NCBI RefSeq assembly: GCF_003231495.1
Contig: NZ_PQWO01000004.1
Location: forward strand, 180,001 to 212,000
Source: Acaryochloris thomasi RCC1774
Lineage (GTDB): Bacteria > Cyanobacteriota > Cyanobacteriia > Thermosynechococcales > Thermosynechococcaceae
Length of the DNA stretch: 32,000 bases
Direction of reading: 5' to 3'
The notes below the pieces were generated by a model. It made no database searches. It saw nothing but the letters and a program-made list of their open reading frames with translations, and had not been told where the DNA came from. The first letter of the stretch is position 1, and every line of letters starts with the position of its first letter. The translations under genes and the position numbers were made by a program. This document shows positions 26,898 through 32,000 of the stretch, piece after piece.

Positions 26898-29249
26898 ATG
26901 CCAAATACCTTACCGACTCTCTATTGCCCTAACCCTAGATGTCAGGCAAAAAACACCGAACTTGACCCGCAGTGCCAAGAATGTGGTTCAGCACTACCCA
27001 AGCGCTATCTGTGGGTGATGGGGCTAGATGGCAAACCAGGCGAAACCCTCGCGGATCGCTACGCGTTTCGTGGACCTAACGTAGTCCTAGACACGCAGAT
27101 CAACCTGCCGCTCAAGCTCAATACCGATCTTCCCAACGGCCTAATTCCCTATCTGAAGCTGTTTCCCTATCGGCTGCATGTGCCACAGCTCTATACGGTG
27201 ATTCCGCCAAAGCGCAAAAAAGACTTCCCCATCGTGCTGCTGGAGCAGGCTCCTCTCAGTGCCGCTGACTTTTTTGAGACAGAGAGCGTCAATGGGGCAA
27301 CTGATTTTTTAGTCAGTCCAGGACTTTCTCTGATCGACTCTTGGCCCTACGCACAGCCGCTGCGCCAGGTTAACTGGCTTTGGCAAATGGCCCAGCTTTG
27401 GCAGCCCTTCTTGATTCAAGGCGTTGCTTCTACCTTACTCCAGCCCGATCTCTTAAGGGTCGAAGAGCGTTTGCTACGCGTGCTAGAGCTGCATCCAGAG
27501 TTTGAAGAGACCCCGACTCTGGCACATTTAGGGAGTCTATGGCAGCAGTGGCTACCCGGAGCAGCAGAACCGCTGGCTCCAGATTTTGAGAAGCTGTGTC
27601 AGGCTCTCATCCAAGGCTCTCTCTCTTCACCCGAGCTGCTCCTAGATCAGCTTGAACAGCTTTTAGTACGTCACCAGGAACCTTACCAGCTCAAGATTGA
27701 TATCTCTGCCCGCACCGACACAGGGCAGATGCGGAATCATAACGAAGATGCCTGCTACCCGGGTCACACCATTCTTGAGCAAAATTCCCTAGAGCGGCTG
27801 GCTGTGGTCTGTGACGGTGTCGGTGGACATGATGGCGGTGAAGTAGCGTCAGCTATTGCGATTGAGGCAATGACCTCTCATCTCACACAGCTGCAGCAGG
27901 GGGCTTTACCCACTGATGTTGTCATTGCTGAACTAGAGGCCGCCACGTTTCAGGCCAACGATCTAATCAGTGAGCGAAATGACGAAGAGAAACGGCAAGA
28001 GCGCCGACGAATGGGGACAACGCTGGTCACGACCCTGATTCACAATCAGCAGGCCTACCTGACCCATATTGGCGATAGTCGAGCTTACCTAATTACGGCG
28101 GTGGGCTGCTATCAGTTAACGGTGGATGACGATATCGCCAGTCGAGAAGTGCGGCTGGGCTATATCCCCTATCGAGACGCCTTGAAGCAGCCTGCTTCCG
28201 GCTCATTGACACAGGCTTTAGGGATGGCCCCATCATCCGTTCTGCGGCCCACGGTACAGCGCCTAGTTCTAGATGAAGACTGCGTGATTCTGCTCTGCTC
28301 TGATGGCCTCAGTGACTACGATCGGGTTGAGGCACTGTGGCGGACCGAGGTGCTACCGCTGCTGCGTCAAGAAACGGACTTGGTCACCGTCACCAAACGC
28401 TTAATTGAGCAGGCCAATGAATTGAATGGTCACGACAACATTACAGTGGCACTTTTACATTGTCGTGTGGATCGGTCTCGTGTGCCTAGAACCACAGCAG
28501 GCTCACGTCGGACACAGCTTCAGAGTCCTGTCACAACCAGTGCCCAACCAGCGCCCCCGGCGGCAATGGCCTCGCCTAGCGATCCAGCCTCTGGTTCATG
28601 GAAAAGCTGGGCGCTTGCGGGCCTCTTAGGGGCGCTTGCCCTCGCAGGATTGGCCTATTTCTTTCTGCGCCCCAAGCCTGACCCCTTTCTAGTTGCCACT
28701 TCCACGGTTCCTGAGAAGATTGAGCTGTCATTTGAGCAACTGGCAGCAGATACCCTGCTAGAGATTCAGCCGAGCAATCAACAAGAGACGGCCCTGCAGG
28801 TTTGGCCGCAGAGTCAGCCTCCGACAACCGATCCCGGTAGCACACCAGCAAGCATCCCGTTTGCAAAAGGGAGTATTGTGCGGATCGTGGGTTTACTCGA
28901 GAATTTTCCAGATGTAGAGCCACCGACCTCTGATGCCGATGTCTGGCTCAAGATTCAAATCTGTTCGCCCGTGCTGTCTTCCAATGCTACGCCAGGGAGT
29001 GTTCCTGGAGTGGCGGTTGAATCAGAAGCAGCGGGTCAAGCTTCACCGCTACTAGAGGAGCCGCCGACCGTTGCTTCGCCACCCGGAGAGACATCCGCTA
29101 CCAGTCAGCCTCAAGTGGGCTGGGTCCGCTGGACTGATCTGCAAAAGCAGGTTGTCCTTAAAGCGGATGCCCCTGCCTTTAGCGCTCCCTTTTGTGGACG
29201 TTCTGTTGATGGAATTGGCGAAGTGCCAATCGGTGGTGAAGTCTTATAA
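26898..29249 (+). CDS. Multidomain PP2C Ser/Thr phosphatase: 4-Cys zinc ribbon, kinase-like (apparently inactive) region, PP2C, TM helix, extracytoplasmic C-terminal domain
   Basis: 783 aa. C10-x4-C15-x10-C26-x2-C29. PP2C motifs RTDTGQMRNHNEDA, VCDGVGGHDGGEVAS, IGDSRAYL, LCSDGLSD and GHDNITVALL. Pro-rich linker. TM WALAGLLGALALAGLAYFFL (about 28607-28669). C-terminal region of about 190 aa. Confidence 0.88.
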   Translation: MPNTLPTLYCPNPRCQAKNTELDPQCQECGSALPKRYLWVMGLDGKPGETLADRYAFRGPNVVLDTQINLPLKLNTDLPNGLIPYLKLFPYRLHVPQLYTVIPPKRKKDFPIVLLEQAPLSAADFFETESVNGATDFLVSPGLSLIDSWPYAQPLRQVNWLWQMAQLWQPFLIQGVASTLLQPDLLRVEERLLRVLELHPEFEETPTLAHLGSLWQQWLPGAAEPLAPDFEKLCQALIQGSLSSPELLLDQLEQLLVRHQEPYQLKIDISARTDTGQMRNHNEDACYPGHTILEQNSLERLAVVCDGVGGHDGGEVASAIAIEAMTSHLTQLQQGALPTDVVIAELEAATFQANDLISERNDEEKRQERRRMGTTLVTTLIHNQQAYLTHIGDSRAYLITAVGCYQLTVDDDIASREVRLGYIPYRDALKQPASGSLTQALGMAPSSVLRPTVQRLVLDEDCVILLCSDGLSDYDRVEALWRTEVLPLLRQETDLVTVTKRLIEQANELNGHDNITVALLHCRVDRSRVPRTTAGSRRTQLQSPVTTSAQPAPPAAMASPSDPASGSWKSWALAGLLGALALAGLAYFFLRPKPDPFLVATSTVPEKIELSFEQLAADTLLEIQPSNQQETALQVWPQSQPPTTDPGSTPASIPFAKGSIVRIVGLLENFPDVEPPTSDADVWLKIQICSPVLSSNATPGSVPGVAVESEAAGQASPLLEEPPTVASPPGETSATSQPQVGWVRWTDLQKQVVLKADAPAFSAPFCGRSVDGIGEVPIGGEVL

Positions 29250-29297
29250 TTGTGGGTCCTTAGAGCTGACTTATTACAGAGGGACTAGGTCAAGGAT

Positions 29298-30329
29298 ATG
29301 AGCTATCTGGCGAATATTTTAGAGCAGCCTGCTGTGTTGCGATCGCAACTCCATACCTACAAAGAACACGAAATCTGGCAGCAAATCCAGCAGCAAGATC
29401 ACACTACCGTTGTCCTCACGGGCATGGGAGCATCGTTCAACGCCCTCTATCCCACCTGGTTTTATCTGCATCAGCAGGGCATTCCGGCGGTCCACATTGA
29501 AGCTTCTGAGCTGATTCACTACAGCGACTCGCTTCTAAAGCAGCGCTGTTTGTTAGTAGTGGTTTCGCAATCAGGGACCAGCGTTGAGATTGGCCGCATC
29601 ATTGAGCGCGTTCAGGCCAGCGGTGCTAAGCCCTTTATTGTTAGCGTCACGACCAATGCCGATAATAATTTGGCACAGAACAGCAATCTACAGCTTTGTA
29701 CGCAAGCAGGAGCGGAGGTAGGCGTCGCCACCAAGACCTACACCAGTACGCTGTTGCTGCTGCACTGGCTGGGACGGGCGATTGCGGGACAGCTCAAGCC
29801 GGAAGATTATATTGCAGGGGATGCGATCGCAACTGCCACTGAGCAGGTCTTAGAAAATTGGTCGACCTGGATCGAGTCAGCCTATCAACGGCTCCAGGAC
29901 ACCACCTACGTTGCATTAATCGGGAGAGGCCCATCGTTAACCTCAGCGCTCAATGGCGGCTTAATTCTCAAAGAAGCCGTCAGACTCCCGGCAGAAGGTT
30001 TCTCAGGCGGTCGCTTCCGTCACGGACCGATGGAGCTGCTGTCATCGCAGGTGGGCTGCATTGTCTTTACAACTCCCGGTCAAACGCTGGAACTCAGTCA
30101 GCATCTAGCGACAGATATTGCGAATCGTGGCGGGCAGTTGGTGACGATTGGAGAGGCAATTTCAGATGCTGCTCCCCATGCTCATCTAGCTCTGCCAGAG
30201 GTCGATGAAGCCCTCAGCCCCATTCTGGAGATTTTAGGCCCTCAGCTCTTAGCGGCAAAGCTAGCGGAGCAAAAAGGACTTATCCCTGGTGAATTTCGCT
30301 GGAGCGGCAAGGTTGTCCATACGGAGTAA
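29298..30329 (+). CDS. SIS-domain sugar-phosphate isomerase/aminotransferase-like protein (GlmS C-terminal/AgaS/FrlB type)
   Basis: 343 aa. Two SIS-like halves (VVLTGMGASFNALYP, LLVVVSQSGTSVE, YVALIGRGPSLTSALNGGLILKE). Starts 48 nt after the PP2C gene on the same strand. Confidence 0.85.
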   Translation: MSYLANILEQPAVLRSQLHTYKEHEIWQQIQQQDHTTVVLTGMGASFNALYPTWFYLHQQGIPAVHIEASELIHYSDSLLKQRCLLVVVSQSGTSVEIGRIIERVQASGAKPFIVSVTTNADNNLAQNSNLQLCTQAGAEVGVATKTYTSTLLLLHWLGRAIAGQLKPEDYIAGDAIATATEQVLENWSTWIESAYQRLQDTTYVALIGRGPSLTSALNGGLILKEAVRLPAEGFSGGRFRHGPMELLSSQVGCIVFTTPGQTLELSQHLATDIANRGGQLVTIGEAISDAAPHAHLALPEVDEALSPILEILGPQLLAAKLAEQKGLIPGEFRWSGKVVHTE

Positions 30330-30390
30330 GGGGCAGGTCTCGCTCGCTCCGATAGGTGAATGCACAGCAAATGCTCCTGTTGTTCTCAAT

Positions 30391-30420
30391 GGTCCCGTGA
30401 GGCATAAACTTCACGGGACC
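30391..30420. terminator. Stem-loop between convergent SIS and leuA genes (probable bidirectional terminator)
   Basis: Read directly: GGTCCCGTGA-GGCATAAACT-TCACGGGACC. 10-bp perfect stem, 10-nt loop. Lies 62 nt after the SIS stop and 19 nt after the leuA stop. No clear U-tract. Confidence 0.55.
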
Positions 30421-30438
30421 AGCTACGACAGGCTCTAA

Positions 30439-32000
30439 CTATGGATGCTTTCGGTTGCAAGCACTGAGAATGGCTAATAGGGAAGCTGTGACAATATTGG
30501 GATGAATTCCCACGCCGTAGCTGCCTTTTTGCTCTTGCGCTGACTTTAGCTGGATAGTTGCGATCGCAACCGCATCACTCCCCTGCTCCAGAGCGCGCTC
30601 CTCATAATGACAAACCTGCAAATCTTGATCCAGAGCATTCAAAAAAGCATCAATCGGCCCATTCCCCTCCCCTTGAATCTTGAGAGGCTGTTGCTCACGC
30701 TCCAATTCAGCCACAATTTTCCATCCTGATCGAGTTTCACTCATCTGATGAGACTGATACTTAAACGGACTCCCCTGCAGATATTCACGCGTAAACAACT
30801 GCCATAAATCGGCTGATGACAGCTCCTGTCCAACCGTATCCATTGTTTTCTGCACGACTTGACCAAACTCAATCTGCAGCGGACGCGGCAGCACCAAACC
30901 ATAATCACGCTCCAACAAGAAAGCAATGCCCCCTTTCCCAGACTGGCTGTTGACCCGTACCACCGACTCATAGGTGCGACCCACATCTGCCGGATCCATC
31001 GGCAAATAGGGAACCTGCCATAGTTCATCTGATTTTTGAACCGCAAAACCCTTCTTAATCGCATCTTGATGAGAGCCTGAGAACGCAGTAAAAACAAGCT
31101 CTCCAGCATAGGGATGACGAGGATGAATCGGCAACTGTGTACAGTCCTGAGCGACTTGAGCCACCTCATCAATCTGGCTAAAATCCAGCCCCGGATGAAT
31201 GCCCTGAGTATATAAATTCATCGCCAGGGTCACCAGATCAACATTGCCGGTTCGTTCTCCATTGCCGAACAAACAGCCCTCAACACGTTCTGCCCCCGCC
31301 ATCTGGGCCAGCTCCGCCGCTGCAATGCCACAACCGCGATCATTGTGGGTATGTACGCAAAGAATAACGCTGTCTCTAGGAATGAGGTGTCGATGCATCC
31401 ACTCCACTTGGTCAGCAAAGACATTAGGCGTTGCCACTTCGACACTGGCAGGCAGATTGATGATCGCCTGATGCTGAGGCGTGGGCCGCCAAATATCCAG
31501 GACTGCGTTACAAATATTTCGAGCAAAATCCAGTTCCGTTGAAGTGAATACCTCTGGAGAATATTGGAACTGCCACCGCGTTTCAGGATGTTCAGCAGCA
31601 AGATCGTAGACAAGCTGAGCCGCAGTTGTTGCAAGGTCGATGGTTTGGTCTTGATCCCGCCCAAATACAATACGACGGAAGGCTGGGGCAGTCGCGTTAT
31701 AGACGTGCACAATTGCCTGGGGAACCCCTTTCAATGCGGCAAAAGTACGGTGAATCAAATCTTCTCGCGCAGGGACAAGCACTTGAATGACCACATCGTC
31801 GGGAATCAAACAGTGTTCAATTAAATAGCGAACAAAATCAAACTCGGCTTGAGAAGCAGAGGGGAAACCCACTTCAATTTCTTTGAATCCAATTTGAACC
31901 AGCAGGTTGAACATCTGCAGCTTTTGAGCCGGATTCATCGGTTCTATCAGTGCTTGGTTACCGTCTCGCAGGTCGGTACTGAGCCAGATAGGTGGCCTCG
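30439..32000 (-). CDS. leuA: 2-isopropylmalate synthase, long (type 2) form; 5' end lies beyond the window
   Basis: The ORF track starts at Met 31938, but the frame stays open to the window edge. It reads ...RPPIWLSTDLRDGNQALIEPMNPAQK, the LeuA substrate-binding motif. HTHNDRGCGIAAAELA and GNGERTGN motifs are present, plus a C-terminal regulatory domain. Confidence 0.93.
   Translation of the reverse strand, partial: RPPIWLSTDLRDGNQALIEPMNPAQKLQMFNLLVQIGFKEIEVGFPSASQAEFDFVRYLIEHCLIPDDVVIQVLVPAREDLIHRTFAALKGVPQAIVHVYNATAPAFRRIVFGRDQDQTIDLATTAAQLVYDLAAEHPETRWQFQYSPEVFTSTELDFARNICNAVLDIWRPTPQHQAIINLPASVEVATPNVFADQVEWMHRHLIPRDSVILCVHTHNDRGCGIAAAELAQMAGAERVEGCLFGNGERTGNVDLVTLAMNLYTQGIHPGLDFSQIDEVAQVAQDCTQLPIHPRHPYAGELVFTAFSGSHQDAIKKGFAVQKSDELWQVPYLPMDPADVGRTYESVVRVNSQSGKGGIAFLLERDYGLVLPRPLQIEFGQVVQKTMDTVGQELSSADLWQLFTREYLQGSPFKYQSHQMSETRSGWKIVAELEREQQPLKIQGEGNGPIDAFLNALDQDLQVCHYEERALEQGSDAVAIATIQLKSAQEQKGSYGVGIHPNIVTASLLAILSACNRKHP

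Noticed and set aside
30741-31712. Two minus-strand ORFs of 143 and 160 aa overlapping leuA in another frame
   Set aside because: They are on the same strand as leuA but out of frame, with Arg/Leu/Ser/Cys/Trp-rich nonsense-like composition. The leuA frame carries all the catalytic motifs.
1-32000. Search for CRISPR arrays, IS elements or transposases, integrases, toxin-antitoxin pairs and prophage genes
   Set aside because: No spaced direct-repeat array was seen, and no ORF has transposase, integrase or phage hallmarks. The only nuclease-like genes (Uma2, TM0106) are widespread single genes without partner defence components in this window.

Overview
The window looks like a cyanobacterial chromosomal segment. 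I counted at least 18 copies of the HIP1 palindrome GCGATCGC by eye, against about 0.5 expected by chance. It is densely coding: 29 supportable CDS. I found no rRNA, tRNA, CRISPR array, transposase or phage genes. The left half is housekeeping: txlA, murG, an exported protein coupled to minCDE, a yvcK-family gene, a GH57 glucan enzyme, a Uma2 nuclease, a DUF721/DciA-like gene, a TPR protein, pyrH-frr, a geranylgeranyl-reductase-family flavoprotein and a TM0106-type RecB-like nuclease. The right half (about 15.9-30.3 kb) is signalling-rich and looks more accessory. It holds a TVP38 membrane protein, a sensor-less histidine kinase and an OmpR regulator joined by ATGA overlaps. Next come a Met-rich exported protein, a 2xGAF NarL-type kinase and regulator, and a low-GC islet with a CXXC-less DsbA-like gene and an AraC regulator. 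These are followed by a TIGR03960-like radical SAM gene, a zinc-ribbon / kinase-like / PP2C / TM / extracytoplasmic-domain protein followed by a SIS protein, and a long-form leuA truncated at the window edge. The best candidates for undescribed biology are the pseudokinase-PP2C transmembrane protein, the TVP38-HK-RR module with its possible Met-rich partner, and the exported protein coupled to minC. All functional proposals are inference from motifs read by eye. No database search or computation was run.
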